Shown: positions 1 through 10,622 of the stretch, piece by piece
Numbering within the stretch: position 1 is the first letter of the stretch
Layout of the letters: each line of letters starts with the position of its first letter
Source of the DNA: an uncultured Actinomycetes bacterium
Lineage (GTDB): Bacteria > Actinomycetota > UBA4738 > HRBIN12
Direction of reading: 5' to 3'
Assembly: GCA_963700855.1 (NCBI GenBank)
Contig: CAVOYV010000001.1
Location: forward strand, 379,932 to 443,931
Length of the DNA stretch: 64,000 nt
Notes under the pieces: generated by a model
Seen by the model: only the letters and a program-made list of their open reading frames with translations
Told to the model about the DNA's origin: nothing
The model's database searches: none
Translations under genes and position numbers: made by a program

Positions 1-2025
1 GCGTTCCTGCGGCTGGTCGCGAAGAGCCTGGCGTACACGGCTGAGGCACCCACGATGTGGGACGTCGACTTCCGTACCGCGGTCGCCCAGGCCGAGATCG
101 AGGATCGTGAGGTCGACGGGACCTATCACCGGATCATGTTCGATCGTCAGGACGACGAGGGCGGCATCGAGATCGAGACGTCTCGCCCCGAGCTGATCCC
201 CGCGTGCGTCGCGCTCGTCGTGAACCCCAGCGACGAGCGGTACGCGCCGCTCGTCGGGTCCACCGTGCTCACGCCGGTGTTCCGCGTGCCGGTCCCGGTC
301 GTCGCGCACGAGCTGGCCGATCCCGAGAAGGGAACCGGCGCGGCACAGATCTGCACCTTCGGCGACGTCACCGACGTCGTGTGGTGGCGAGAGCTGGGGC
401 TGCCCGCACGTGTCGTGATCCGGCGCGACGGCACGCTGATCGAAGGACGGTTCGGCGAGCCTAGCTGGGAGTCGGACGATCCCGAGGCGGCGAACGCCGC
501 GATGGCTGAGCTGGCCGGCAAGGGCGCGAAGCAGGCCCGTCGGCGGATCGTCGAGCAGTTGCGCGACGGTGGCTGGCTCCTCGGGGAGCCCGCGCCGGTC
601 CGTCACGTCGTGAAGTTCTACGAGAAGGGCGACCGGCCGCTCGAGGTGATCTCCAGCCGGCAGTGGTTCGTGAAGACGCTCCCGTTCAAGGACGAGCTGC
701 TCGCGCGGGGCCGGGAGCTCCGCTGGCACCCCGGCTTCATGGGCGCGCGATACGCGAGCTGGGTCGAGGGTCTGAACCAGGACTGGGCGATCAGCCGACA
801 GCGGTACTACGGCGTGCCGTTCCCTGTCTGGTACCGGCTGGACGACCAGGGCGAGCCCGACTACGACGACCCGATCTTGCCCGACGAGAGCGCCCTGCCG
901 ATCGACCCGCTGGATGACGTCCCTCCCGGCTACACGGCGGCCGAGCGCGATCAGCCTGGTGGGTTCATGGGCGACCCCGACGTGATGGACACCTGGGCCA
1001 CGTCGTCCCTCAGTCCGCAGATCGCGGCCCGGTGGGAGGACGATCCCGATCTGTTCGCCAGGCTCTTCCCGATGGACCTTCGTCCACAGTCGCACGACAT
1101 CATCAGGACGTGGCTGTTCTACACCGTGCTGAAGGCGCACCTGGAGCACGACTCCCTGCCGTGGAACCACGCGGCGATCAGTGGGTTCGTGCTGGATCCG
1201 GACCGCAAGAAGATGTCGAAGTCCAAAGGCAACGTGGTCGTCCCCACGGAGGTGTTCGAACGACACTCCTCCGATGCCGTGCGGTACTGGGCGTCGAGCG
1301 CGCGCCTGAGCGTGGACGCGGCGTTCGACGAGCAGCAGATGAAGGTGGGTCGTCGGCTCGCGATCAAGATCCTCAACGCCTCGCGGTTCGCGCTGACGAT
1401 GGAGGCGCTCCCCGGTGCGGTCACCGAACCGGTCGACCTCGCGATGCTCGCGACGCTCCGCGACGTGGTGCGTGACGCGACCGCGGCGTTCGAGGACTAC
1501 GATCACGCCCGCGCGCTCGACCTGACCGAGCGGTTCTTCTGGGGGTTCACCGACGACTACCTGGAGCTGGTGAAGCAGCGTGCCTACGGGGTCCACGGCA
1601 CTGCGCAGGCCGCCTCGGCCGTGGCCGCGCTCCGTCATGCGCTCGAGGTCCTCTTGCGTCTGTTCGCCCCTTTCCTGCCGTACGTGACCGAAGAGGTCTG
1701 GTCCTGGTGGCAGGAGGGCTCGATCCACCGAGCGCCCTGGCCGGGTCCCGACGAGCTCGCGGTGGCGGCCGACGCCGACCCGGAGGTCTACGCGATCGCG
1801 GCGACGGTCCTGACCGCGGTGCGCAAGGAGAAGGCGCTGGCGAAGGTATCGCTCCGTGTGCCGGCCGACACGGTCACGGTCCGCGACACGGCCGAACGGC
1901 TCGCCAAGCTCACCCTGAGCGAGGCCGATCTGCGCGAGGCGGGGAACATCGGCGAGCTGCTCCGGGTCGAGGCCGCCGAGGCCGGGATCGACACGGTGCT
2001 GGGGAACCCTCCCGAGCAGGCCTGA
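1..2025 (+). CDS. valS: valyl-tRNA synthetase, 5'-truncated at window edge (open frame runs from nt 1)
   Basis: Frame-1 ORF is open from position 1 to TGA 2023-2025. The translation matches the central and C-terminal ValRS regions, including a KMSKS-type motif (DRKKMSKSKGN) and the anticodon-binding domain. Confidence 0.9.
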   Translation, partial: AFLRLVAKSLAYTAEAPTMWDVDFRTAVAQAEIEDREVDGTYHRIMFDRQDDEGGIEIETSRPELIPACVALVVNPSDERYAPLVGSTVLTPVFRVPVPVVAHELADPEKGTGAAQICTFGDVTDVVWWRELGLPARVVIRRDGTLIEGRFGEPSWESDDPEAANAAMAELAGKGAKQARRRIVEQLRDGGWLLGEPAPVRHVVKFYEKGDRPLEVISSRQWFVKTLPFKDELLARGRELRWHPGFMGARYASWVEGLNQDWAISRQRYYGVPFPVWYRLDDQGEPDYDDPILPDESALPIDPLDDVPPGYTAAERDQPGGFMGDPDVMDTWATSSLSPQIAARWEDDPDLFARLFPMDLRPQSHDIIRTWLFYTVLKAHLEHDSLPWNHAAISGFVLDPDRKKMSKSKGNVVVPTEVFERHSSDAVRYWASSARLSVDAAFDEQQMKVGRRLAIKILNASRFALTMEALPGAVTEPVDLAMLATLRDVVRDATAAFEDYDHARALDLTERFFWGFTDDYLELVKQRAYGVHGTAQAASAVAALRHALEVLLRLFAPFLPYVTEEVWSWWQEGSIHRAPWPGPDELAVAADADPEVYAIAATVLTAVRKEKALAKVSLRVPADTVTVRDTAERLAKLTLSEADLREAGNIGELLRVEAAEAGIDTVLGNPPEQA

Positions 2026-3315
2026 TGCGGTTCGCCGACGCGCTCGCCAGGCTCGAGGGGCGCCAGCCCGAGCACATGCCGGCCCCCTCGCTCGACCGGA
2101 TCCGCGAGCTGGCCGCGTACCTCGACCATCCTGAGCTGACCTATCCCACGATCCACGTCACGGGCACGAACGGGAAGACGACGGCCGCTCGCGTCGCGGC
2201 CTCAGTCGCGTGCGCTCACGGTCTGGTCGCGGGGCTGTTCACGTCGCCCCACCTCCTGTCCGTGACCGAGCGGTTCCGCGTGTGCGACGAGGACATCACC
2301 GAGCAGGCGTTCGCCGACGAGTGGCAGCATCTCGAGCCCTTCCTCGAACTCGTCGATGGTTTGGGGACCGGTGAGGTGACGTACTTCGAGGCCGTCACCG
2401 GGCTCGCGTACCTCTGGTTCGCGGACAAGCCGGTCGGGCTCGGCATCTTCGAGGTCGGGATGGGTGGCGAGTGGGACGCGACGAACCTGATCGCGGGCGA
2501 CGTCGCGGTGATCACCCCGATCGGGATGGACCATGTGGCGGAGCTGGGCCCGACGCTCACCGATATCGCGACCGAGAAGGCCGGCATCGTCAAGGAGGGG
2601 AAGGTGGCCGTGGTCCGCGCCCAGGACCCGGAAGCCGCCCTCGTGCTCGCGGCGCGGCGCCGACGCCGTCGGCGCCCGCCTTCTCCACGAGGGACCGGAC
2701 TGGGAGGTCCTCGACCCGCTGATGGCGATCGGTGGCCAGTCGTTCGGGCTGCGTGGGATCCACGCGACCTACGAGGATCTCTACGTGCCGTTGTTCGGTC
2801 GATACGCCGCCGCCAACGCCGCGGCGGGGATCGTGGCGGTCGAGGCGCTGACCGGGCAGGCCCTGGACGAGGGCTCGCTCCGCGGAGGGCTCCGGGACGT
2901 CCGATCGCCCGGGCGGCTCGAGGTCGTCGGTCGCGAGCCCTTGATCCTGCTGGACGGCGCCCACAACCCGGCCGGTGCCTCCGCGCTCGCCGAGGCGATG
3001 GGGGAGTTCTTCACCTGGGATCGGCTGCACCTGGTGATCGCGGTGAGTGCGAACAAGGATCTCGACGGCATGCTCTCGGCGCTTGCCCCGCTGGCCGATG
3101 CCACGTACGCGACCCGCAACGACAGCGTCCGCAGCGGCGACCCGCTGGAGGTCGCGGAGAAGCTCCGAGCGCTCGGTACACCGGCGCAGACCTTCACCTC
3201 CGTGGCCGATGCCCTGCGTGCGGCGCGGGCCGAGGCGGGGAGACGCGACGCGATCCTCGTGACCGGATCCCTGTTCACGGTCGGCGATGCGATGCGGGCG
3301 CTGGGCCGCGGCTGA
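2024..3315 (+). CDS. folC: folylpolyglutamate synthase / dihydrofolate synthase (one apparent frameshift ~2650-2660)
   Basis: ATG 2024 overlaps the valS stop (ATGA). The N-terminal half (TGTNGKTT Mur-ligase P-loop, frame of ORF 1707) continues in the frame of ORF 2533..3315 (LDGAHNP..., typical FolC C-terminus). A single-base indel lies near 2655. Confidence 0.8.
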
Positions 3316-3376
3316 TCGCGGCTACACTTCCCGCCGCGCCGCGCCGGCGGCGCCCGCGGACCCGAGAGGAACGACG

Positions 3377-3781
3377 ATGGCGACCGAATCCACCCTGTTG
3401 ATCGTGAAGCCCGACGGCGTGCGGCGCGGCCTGGTCGGAGAGGTGCTGGGGCGCGTGGAGGCGAAGGGCCTCACGATCGAGTCGATGGACCTGCGCGTGA
3501 TCGAGCGCGGCGTCGCCGAGGAGCACTACGGGGAGCACCGGGAGAAGCCGTTCTTCGGTGAGCTGGTGGACTTCATCACGGGCGGAGCGGTCGTGGTCGC
3601 CAAGGTCACCGGGGAGAACGCGATCACCTGCTGGCGGACGATGATGGGCCCGACGGACCCGGTCCAGGCGCCTCCCGGGTCGATCCGGGGCGACTTCGCC
3701 ACCACGATCGGCGAGAACATCGTGCACGGCAGCGACTCTCCCGAGTCGGCGGCGCGCGAGCTCGCCCTGTTCTTCGGCTGA
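3377..3781 (+). CDS. ndk: nucleoside diphosphate kinase
   Basis: 134-aa product with LIVKPDGV and NIVHGSDS (active-site His) motifs. The valS-folC-ndk arrangement is typical of actinobacteria. Confidence 0.95.
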   Translation: MATESTLLIVKPDGVRRGLVGEVLGRVEAKGLTIESMDLRVIERGVAEEHYGEHREKPFFGELVDFITGGAVVVAKVTGENAITCWRTMMGPTDPVQAPPGSIRGDFATTIGENIVHGSDSPESAARELALFFG

Positions 3782-3789
3782 GGTCCGAC

Positions 3790-5442
3790 GTGCCAGGGCT
3801 CCAGGAGGCCTTCGAGGCGATCGGCGACGCCGCCGAGCATCACCTCCCGCAGACCCACGCGGCAGGGATCGCGCTCGGGGTCACCGATCACGAGGAGCTG
3901 CTCGGGATCGTCGTGCGCGGGTTTGCCGACGTCGCCGCGCAGCTGCCGGTCCGTCCCGACACCCGGTTCCAGATCGGGTCGATCTCGAAGCAGTTCGCGT
4001 CGATCGTCGCGATGCAGGAGGTCGAGGCGGGACGGCTCGACCTCCACGTGTCGATCAACGAGGTCCTGCCGTGGCTCGAGCTGCCCGAGCCGTTCGGGCC
4101 GATCACGCTGCATCATCTCCTGACGCACACGAGCGGCCTGCCGATCGGCATGGAGGAGGCCCCGGCCGGGCCGGGCGCCGCGGTGGTCGTGCGGAGCGTG
4201 CCGCCCCGGCGACCTCCGGGCGAGCGGTTCCACTACTCGAACGCCGGCTACAAGCTCGTCGGCTACGCGCTCGAGGAGGTGACGGGCACGCCGATCCACG
4301 AGCTGCTCGAACAGCGAGTCCTCGGTCCTCTCGGGATGCGGCATTCCCAGGCGTCGATCACGCCGGAGAGCTACCTGAGCACCTCGGTCGGCTACGAGCC
4401 GATCTTCGACGATCGCCCTGCCCACCTGAATCATCCACTCGGGCCGGCGGTGCGGATCGCCTCGAACACCGCCGACGGCTCGATCGTCTCGACCGTGGCC
4501 GACATGGCCACGTACGCACGGATGCTGCTCGGGGACGGGAGTACCCGGGTCGGCGAGCACGAGGTCTCGATGCTCCCGCCGGCGAGGTTCGGCGAGTTCG
4601 TGGAGCCTCGCGTCGACACGGGTGAGGAGCCGATCCGCTACGGGTACGGCATCGACGTGTGGACCCACGAGGACGGGCGACGGTTCCTGGCGCACACCGG
4701 GGGCATGGTCGGCTACACGGCCCACCTGATCGTCGACCGCGACAGCGGGCTCGCCGTCATCGCGCTGCAGAACGGCGGTGGCGACAAGGAGCCGCTCGTG
4801 AAGTATGCGATCGAAGCCGTCCGCGCGTCCTCGGCGGGCATGCCGGTCGCGCCCGCCGTGCACCCTCCGGCGCCCACCGAGATCGCGAACGCCGACGAGC
4901 TGGTCGGGACCTGGGTGGGGGAGCGCTCGATCGAGCTCCAGCGGACCTCCGACGGGCTCCGGCTCGTCGACGGCGCGCTCGGCGTGCTGTTGGAGCGGTG
5001 GCAGATCCATCCTCCCCACACGGGCGTCGCGTTCCTCGTGCCGCATCCGACGTGGGACCGGCATCTCCTGCGCGTGGTGCGCGACGACGACGGGAGCATC
5101 CGGGAGCTCACCCACGGTCCGTCGCGGTTCGTGCCCGCGGGCCGCGAGCTGCTGCCGCTGCCGTCGGAAACAGGGTCCGCGTACCCGGGCTTCTACCGGT
5201 CGAACGATCCGTGGTCGCCCACCCTGCGGGTGTTCGCGCGCGAGGGGCGCCTGTGGATGGAGATCCCGACCTACGGCACCGAGGAGCCGCTACGGTCCGT
5301 CGACGACGGGTGGTTCGAGTCCGAGGACCCCGAGGGACTCGAGTGGGTCCCAGCTCGACTCCGGTTCCACGACGAGATGCACGGGCGCGCGATGTCCGTC
5401 GAGTTCGACGGCGCCCGCATGTACCGCTCGTTCGAGGACTGA
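3790..5442 (+). CDS. serine hydrolase, beta-lactamase/PBP-like family (SxxK = SISK) with a C-terminal extra domain; no signal peptide
   Basis: GTG start. The N-terminal ~350 aa carry the SISK, YSN and HTGG-like motifs of class C beta-lactamase/esterase folds. The C-terminal ~180 aa form a separate domain. Confidence 0.8.
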   Translation: MPGLQEAFEAIGDAAEHHLPQTHAAGIALGVTDHEELLGIVVRGFADVAAQLPVRPDTRFQIGSISKQFASIVAMQEVEAGRLDLHVSINEVLPWLELPEPFGPITLHHLLTHTSGLPIGMEEAPAGPGAAVVVRSVPPRRPPGERFHYSNAGYKLVGYALEEVTGTPIHELLEQRVLGPLGMRHSQASITPESYLSTSVGYEPIFDDRPAHLNHPLGPAVRIASNTADGSIVSTVADMATYARMLLGDGSTRVGEHEVSMLPPARFGEFVEPRVDTGEEPIRYGYGIDVWTHEDGRRFLAHTGGMVGYTAHLIVDRDSGLAVIALQNGGGDKEPLVKYAIEAVRASSAGMPVAPAVHPPAPTEIANADELVGTWVGERSIELQRTSDGLRLVDGALGVLLERWQIHPPHTGVAFLVPHPTWDRHLLRVVRDDDGSIRELTHGPSRFVPAGRELLPLPSETGSAYPGFYRSNDPWSPTLRVFAREGRLWMEIPTYGTEEPLRSVDDGWFESEDPEGLEWVPARLRFHDEMHGRAMSVEFDGARMYRSFED

Positions 5443-5451
5443 GGCTGGGGC

Positions 5452-5715
5452 TCAGGACCCAGCGCGTCCGCGGATCTTGCCCCACACGAGCAGGACGATC
5501 ACCGCGCCGACGATCGAGCCGATGATGCCGCTCGCACGTAGCTCGATCCCGTCGTCCGAGATCAGGCTGATCAGCAGCCCGCCGACGAACGACCCGATGA
5601 GACCCGCGGCGAGCGCCTCACCCCAGTTCCGCCGTCCCAGACGGGTCCTTCCGAGGATCAGCTGGGCGATCCATCCGATCGCCATCCCGAACACGATCAT
5701 CCCGAGGATCAACAT
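5452..5715 (-). CDS. GlsB/YeaQ/YmgE-family small membrane protein (transglycosylase-associated protein)
   Basis: 87-aa glycine-rich product with two transmembrane segments and the family pattern (GWIAQLILG...GSFVGGLL). AAGGAGAG RBS upstream. Confidence 0.75.
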   Translation of the reverse strand: MLILGMIVFGMAIGWIAQLILGRTRLGRRNWGEALAAGLIGSFVGGLLISLISDDGIELRASGIIGSIVGAVIVLLVWGKIRGRAGS

Positions 5716-5856
5716 GCGTTCTCTCCTTCGCTCAGGGCGCAGAGGCTACTACCTCGGCCGGGCCGGACCTTCGTCCGTTCGGGGTGACGTCGGGACCGGA
5801 GCTGTCTCGTACCGTGGCTGGGAGGGCCGACACAGGCCGAGACGGAGGGATCGAGT

Positions 5857-6285
5857 ATGCGCAGGACGTTCATGGTCATGGCGATGGGAGCCCTTCTCCT
5901 GGCGGGCTGCGGCGGCGATGAGGCCTCCGACGGCCGGGACGGGGTGGGTTCGCAGGGCGAGCCGGTGTGTGAGGCCCTGGAGGATCTCAGCCGGTCGTTC
6001 GCGGCGCTGGGCGACATCTCGATCGACGAGGGCGCGCTCGCCGGTCTCCAGGCGGCCGTCGGGCAGATCCAGACCGACCTGCAGACGGTCAAGGACTCGG
6101 CCGACGGCGACCTCGCGTCGGCGCTCGGCACGTTCGAGTCGACCCTGCAGGAGTTCGGGACCAGCCTGGAGACGGTGGTCGAGGCGCCGAGCGCGGCGTC
6201 GATCGCAGGTCTGGCGACGGAGCTCGCCGACGTCCAGCAGGCCTGGGGATCCGTGCAGGAGTCGAGGCCGGACTGCGGAGGCTGA
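5857..6285 (+). CDS. hypothetical lipoprotein (signal peptide + lipobox LLAGC)
   Basis: GGAGGG RBS 6 nt upstream of ATG. Signal peptide MRRTFMVMAMGALLLAGCGG, followed by a helical, acidic mature protein. Confidence 0.6.
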   Translation: MRRTFMVMAMGALLLAGCGGDEASDGRDGVGSQGEPVCEALEDLSRSFAALGDISIDEGALAGLQAAVGQIQTDLQTVKDSADGDLASALGTFESTLQEFGTSLETVVEAPSAASIAGLATELADVQQAWGSVQESRPDCGG

Positions 6286-6291
6286 GGACCC

Positions 6292-7521
6292 TCAGACCGC
6301 GCGGAACGCGACGCTCGCGTTCTGCCCGCCGAACCCGAAGGAGTTGGACAGCGCCAGGCGCACGTCGGCTTCGCGTGCCTCGTTCGGGGTGACGTCGAGG
6401 TCGCAGTCGGGGTCCGGCGTCGCGTAGTGGATCGTGGGCGGGATCGCACCGTTCGCGACCGCCAGGGCGCATGCCGCACCCTCGACCGCTCCTGCGGCGC
6501 CGAGCATGTGGCCGGTCATCGACTTGGTCGACGAGATCGACACCGTCTTCGCGTGCTCACCGAGCACGTTCTTGATCGCGGCCGTCTCCGCCGCGTCGTT
6601 GAGCGGAGTCGAGGTCCCGTGCGCGTTCACGTACGACACGGCCGCCGGCTCCTCCTGCGCGTCGCGGAGCGCCCATCGCATCGCGAGCGTGGCCCCGGAC
6701 CCCTTCGGGTCGGGCGCCGTGATGTGGTACGCGTCCGCGCTCGCACCGTAGCCGGCGACCTCGCAGTAGATGCGGGCGTCGCGCTCGCGGGCGTGCTCCT
6801 CGGACTCGAGGACGAGCGCGCACGCACCCTCCGAGAGCACGAACCCGTTGCGCTCCGCGTCGAACGGCCGTGACGCCGTCTCCGGGTCGGGGTTCTTCGT
6901 GAGCGCGGTCATCTGGGCGAACGCGGCGACGGTCAACGGGAAGGTCGCCGATTCCGACCCGCCCACGATGCACACGTCGAGGTACCCATCGCGGATCATG
7001 CGCATCCCTTCGCCGATCGCGTGGTTCGACGACGCGCACGCCGAGACGGTGCAGTAGTTGGGGCCCGTGAACCCGTAGAGCATCGCGATGTGGCCCGCGG
7101 GACCGTTGGCCATGAGCATCGGCACCATGAACGGTGAGACGCGTCCAGGTCCCTTCTCGAGGATCACCTCGTGTTGCTTGAGGATCGTCTCGATGCCGCC
7201 GATCCCGGTCGCATAGACCGAACCGGCGCGCTCGGAGACGACCTCGGGGTCGACCTGCGTCCTCGAACGCGAGCTTCGCTGACACGATCGCGAACTGCGA
7301 GAACCGGTCGGTCCGGCGGATCTCCTTGGGGTCGAGCCACCCCGACGGATCGAAGTCGACCTCGCCGGCCACCGAGACCGGGAGGTCGTCGGTGGGAAAC
7401 CTGGTGATCGTCCGGACGCCGTTGCGTCCGGTGGAGAGCCCATCCCAGAAGTCGTCCACGCCCGTCCCCACGGGGGTGACCGGTCCGATGCCGGTGACGA
7501 CGACGCGGCGGCGGTCGCTCA
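6292..7521 (-). CDS. fabF: beta-ketoacyl-ACP synthase II (one apparent frameshift ~7245-7255; TTG start with GGAGAGGA RBS)
   Basis: The C-terminal 383 aa (ORF 6292..7443) contain the active-site Cys (SACASS) and His/His motifs. The N-terminal part (VVVTGIGPVTPVG...) is in the frame of ORF 6557..7645. The junction lies at ...FEDAG / DPEVV. Confidence 0.85.
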
Positions 7522-7550
7522 ACGCAGGTCCTCTCCGATCGTGGTGCGGC

Positions 7551-7803
7551 TCAGCCGATGCCGAGCTTCGTGGCGACGAGGTCGATCGCGGCGACCGACC
7601 GTCTTGACCGACTCCATCTCGTCCTCGGGGATCTCGATGCTCCACTCCTCCTCGAGGGCGAGCACGGCCTCGACGAGGTCGAGCGAGTCGGCGTTCAGGT
7701 CCTCCTGGAAGCGGGCGTCGGGCACCACCTGCGCCTCGTCGACGGCGAGCTGCTCGGCGAGCACCTTCTTGACCCTGGCTTCGATCTCGGCACGGTCCGT
7801 CAT
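7551..7803 (-). CDS. acpP: acyl carrier protein (apparent 1-nt insertion ~7594-7600 disrupts the C-terminus)
   Basis: [21 protein letters not shown]...[11 protein letters not shown] contains the phosphopantetheine Ser motif DSLD. AGGAGG RBS. Removing one base restores the canonical ...[17 protein letters not shown] ending. Confidence 0.85.
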
Positions 7804-7862
7804 CTGCATGTTCCTCCTGGTCCTCGGATCGCCCAAGCCTAGCGGGCGGCTCGTTCCTGCGG

Positions 7863-8600
7863 CTACGCCGTGAGGCCCCCGTCCACGGGGATCACGGCTC
7901 CGTTCACGTACGACGCCTCCTCGGACATCAGGAAGCGCACGACCGCGGCGACCTCGTCGAGCGTCGCGGTGCGGCCGATCGGTGTCTGCTCCACGTAGAA
8001 GGAGCGGGCCTTGTCGCCCAGGTACTCGGTCATCTCGGTGTCGACGAGTCCGGGGCAGATCGCGTTGACGGTGATGCCCTTGCCCCCGATCTCTCGGGCG
8101 AGGGACTTGGTCAGTCCGAGCATCGCGGTCTTCGACGTGCCATAGGCGGTCTGCCCCGGATTGCCGCGGAGACCGACGGCGGACGAGACGTTCACCACAC
8201 GCCCCCAACGCTCGCGGAGCATCCCACGGAGAGCTTCCTTCGTGCACAGGAACGAGCCCCTCACGTTCGTGCCCATCGTCTTGTCGAAGTTCTCGATCGA
8301 GTACTTCAACATGAGACCGTCCTGGGACCACCCGGCGTTGTTGACCAGACCCGTCACGTTGCCTGCCTCGTCGGCGACTCGTCGGAAGGCGTCATGCACG
8401 CTCGTCTCGTCGGTCGTGTCGAGGTACACGGCCAGGCCGGGGGTACCGGCGGTCTCGAGCGCCTCGAGCGCCTCCTTCGCGGCCGCCTCGCTGGTCCGGT
8501 AGCCGATCGCGACGGTCCAGCCCTCACGCGCCAGATGCTCGGCACACCGCAGGCCGATCCCGCGCGTCGCGCCCGTGACCACCGCGACCTTCGACGTCAT
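7863..8600 (-). CDS. fabG: 3-oxoacyl-ACP reductase
   Basis: 245-aa SDR with the TGATRGIG cofactor motif and the YGTSKTA (YxxxK) catalytic motif. Its start overlaps the fabH stop (ATGA). Confidence 0.9.
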   Translation of the reverse strand: MTSKVAVVTGATRGIGLRCAEHLAREGWTVAIGYRTSEAAAKEALEALETAGTPGLAVYLDTTDETSVHDAFRRVADEAGNVTGLVNNAGWSQDGLMLKYSIENFDKTMGTNVRGSFLCTKEALRGMLRERWGRVVNVSSAVGLRGNPGQTAYGTSKTAMLGLTKSLAREIGGKGITVNAICPGLVDTEMTEYLGDKARSFYVEQTPIGRTATLDEVAAVVRFLMSEEASYVNGAVIPVDGGLTA

Positions 8601-9611
8601 GCGTGCGCCTCCTTGGCCGGGGCGTCGGGCATCGTCCAGCGCATCACGGTCGCACCCCAGGTGAGGCCGGCGCCGAACGAGGTGAACAGGACCAGGTCTC
8701 CTTCGTGGATCCTCCCGCGCGCCAGGCTCGATCGAGGGCGATCGGGATGGAGGCGGCGCTCGTGTTGCCGACCTCGGCGACGTCGACCACGGCCTTGTCG
8801 AGCGGGATATGCAGCCGCTCCGCGACCGCGACCATGATCCGGGCGTTCGCCTGGTGCGGGATCAACACGTCGACGTCGGCAGGCGTGTGTCCGTTCTTCT
8901 CGAGGGCTTCGCGGCAGGCGGCAGCCATCTCCGTCACGGCTCGCTTGAACACCTCGCGGCCGTTCGGCATATGGATCCGGTGACGGCTGTCGGCGACCGA
9001 CGCCGCGGTGGCCGGCTCGCGCGAGCCGCCGCCGGGCATGATCAAGATCTCGGCGGCGCTCCCGTCGGCACCCAGCACGGTTCCTTCGATCCCGGGGTGG
9101 TCCGCCGCCTGCACGATCGCGGCGCCGGCGCCGTCGCCGAACAAGACGCATGTCTGACGGTCCTCGAAGTCCATGATCCTGCTGAAGACCTCGGCGCCCA
9201 TCAGCAGAACGGTGTCCGCCGCGCCCGACGCGATGAACGCCGTCGCCGTCGAGAGCGCGTAGGAGAAGCCGGCGCACGCCGCGTTCACGTCGAACGCAGG
9301 GCACGTGAGCCCGAGCTTCTGCTGCACCCACACCGCGGTCGCCGGGAACGGCGTGTCCCCGGTCACCGTGGCGCACACGATCAGGTCGACCTGCTCCGGC
9401 TGGATCGCGGCGGCGTCGAGGGCCGCACGCGCCGCGTCGACGGCGAGATCGGAGGTGACGATCCCGTCGTCGACGAAGTGGCGAGCCTCGATCCCCGTCC
9501 GCGAGCGGATCCACTCGTCGGACGTCTCCACCTTGTCTTCGAACCAGGTGTTCGGAACCAGGCGTGGGGGGAGGGACGAGCCGACACCGGTGATGGTGGC
9601 GTGTCTGGTCA
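8597..9611 (-). CDS. fabH: beta-ketoacyl-ACP synthase III (one apparent frameshift ~8712-8722; start uncertain, GTG 9611 proposed)
   Basis: ORF 8644..9708 carries the AACAGF active-site Cys and the HQAN and GNTSAASIP motifs. The C-terminus (GDLVLFTSFGAGLTWGATVMRW) is in the frame of ORF 8597..9514. Confidence 0.85.
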
Positions 9612-9706
9612 CGGCCAAGGAGACTACCGGACGGGGACCCGCGCCGCGCGTGCCGATCGGCGTTGCGTCGGCCCTTCGCGCGTGCGTAGCCTCACTCGGG
9701 GTTCGC

Positions 9707-10622
9707 ATGGAACAGCCGGCGATCGCGGTGGAGGGGCTCCGTCGCTCCTACGGTGACGTGGAGGCGGTGCGCGGGGTGTCCTTCGAGGTCGGCCGGGGGA
9801 AGATCTTCGGGCTGCTCGGTCCGAACGGCGCCGGCAAGACCACGACCGTGGAGATCGTGCAGGGCCTCCGGCGCGCGGACGCCGGCGTCGTGCGGGTCCT
9901 GGGGCTCGATCCCGCGAGCCAGGTCCGCGAGCTGCGGCGACGGGTCGGCTCGCAGCTGCAGGACTCGGCGCTGCCGGCGCGGATGAAGGTCCGGGAGGCC
10001 GTGGACCTGTTCGGGGCGCTGTCGGGCACTGGGGTCGACCGGGACGCCTTGCTGGAGGGGTGGGGGCTGGCCGACAAACGCGGCGCGGCGTTCGCCTCGC
10101 TGTCGGGCGGTCAGCGGCAGCGGCTGTTCGTGGCCCTCGCGCTCGTCAGCGACCCCGAGGTGGTCTTCCTGGACGAGATGACGACCGGGCTCGATCCGGG
10201 CGCACGGCGGGTGGCCTGGGACCTGATCCGCGACGTGCGGGCGCGCGGCACGACCGTCGTGCTCGTCACGCACTTCATGGACGAGGCGGAGCGGCTGTGC
10301 GACCGGGTGGCGGTGATGCTCGGCGGTCGCATCGTCGCCTCGGGGACCCCGCAGGGGCTGGTCAACCGTCACGCTCCCGAGATCCGGATGCGCTTCTCGA
10401 CGCCAGCCGAGGAGGATCCTCGCGTGGCTCGATGCCCTCGCGTCGGTTCGCCGGGTCCAGCGGTGGGGCGCACGGGTGGAGGTCGAGGGGGTGGACCCGG
10501 TCCTGGCGGAGGTGTCGGCGGGGCTCCTTGCCCGCGGCGCCTACCCCGAAGACCTGCGCGTCGAGCAGCCGACGCTCGAGGACGTGTTCCTCCGGCTGAC
10601 CGAAGGGGAGGGCGAGCGGTGA
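9707..10622 (+). CDS. ABC transporter ATP-binding protein (ABC-2/DrrA-like; one apparent frameshift ~10415-10420)
   Basis: Walker A (GLLGPNGAGKTT), signature (LSGGQRQR) and Walker B (VVFLDEMTTGLD) motifs are present. The true C-terminus (...LAWLDALASVRRVQRWGARVEVEGVD...EQPTLEDVFLRLTEGEGER*) is in the +2 frame. The long ORF 9305..11374 is a fusion artefact. Confidence 0.8.

Noticed and set aside
1707-3401. 564-aa ORF as an extended folC
   Set aside because: The N-terminal 106 codons overlap valS in another frame, and the C-terminal half is frameshifted low-complexity ([12 protein letters not shown]...). Real folC is 2024..3315 with one indel.
3526-5115. 529-aa minus-strand ORF antisense to the serine-hydrolase gene, plus several 100-300-aa antisense ORFs elsewhere (e.g. 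43073..44932 vs lepA, 59430..61619 vs LuxR, 25662..27302, 40009..41454, 11248..13188)
   Set aside because: All are antisense to strongly supported genes and translate to Arg/Gly/Pro/Asp-rich sequence with no motifs. This is expected from ~70% GC (few stop codons in the antisense strand).
9616-9622. AAGGAG hexamer upstream of the ABC transporter as its RBS
   Set aside because: It lies ~85 nt upstream of the ATG at 9707, so it is too far to act as an SD. It is probably coincidental within the divergent fabH/ABC promoter region.
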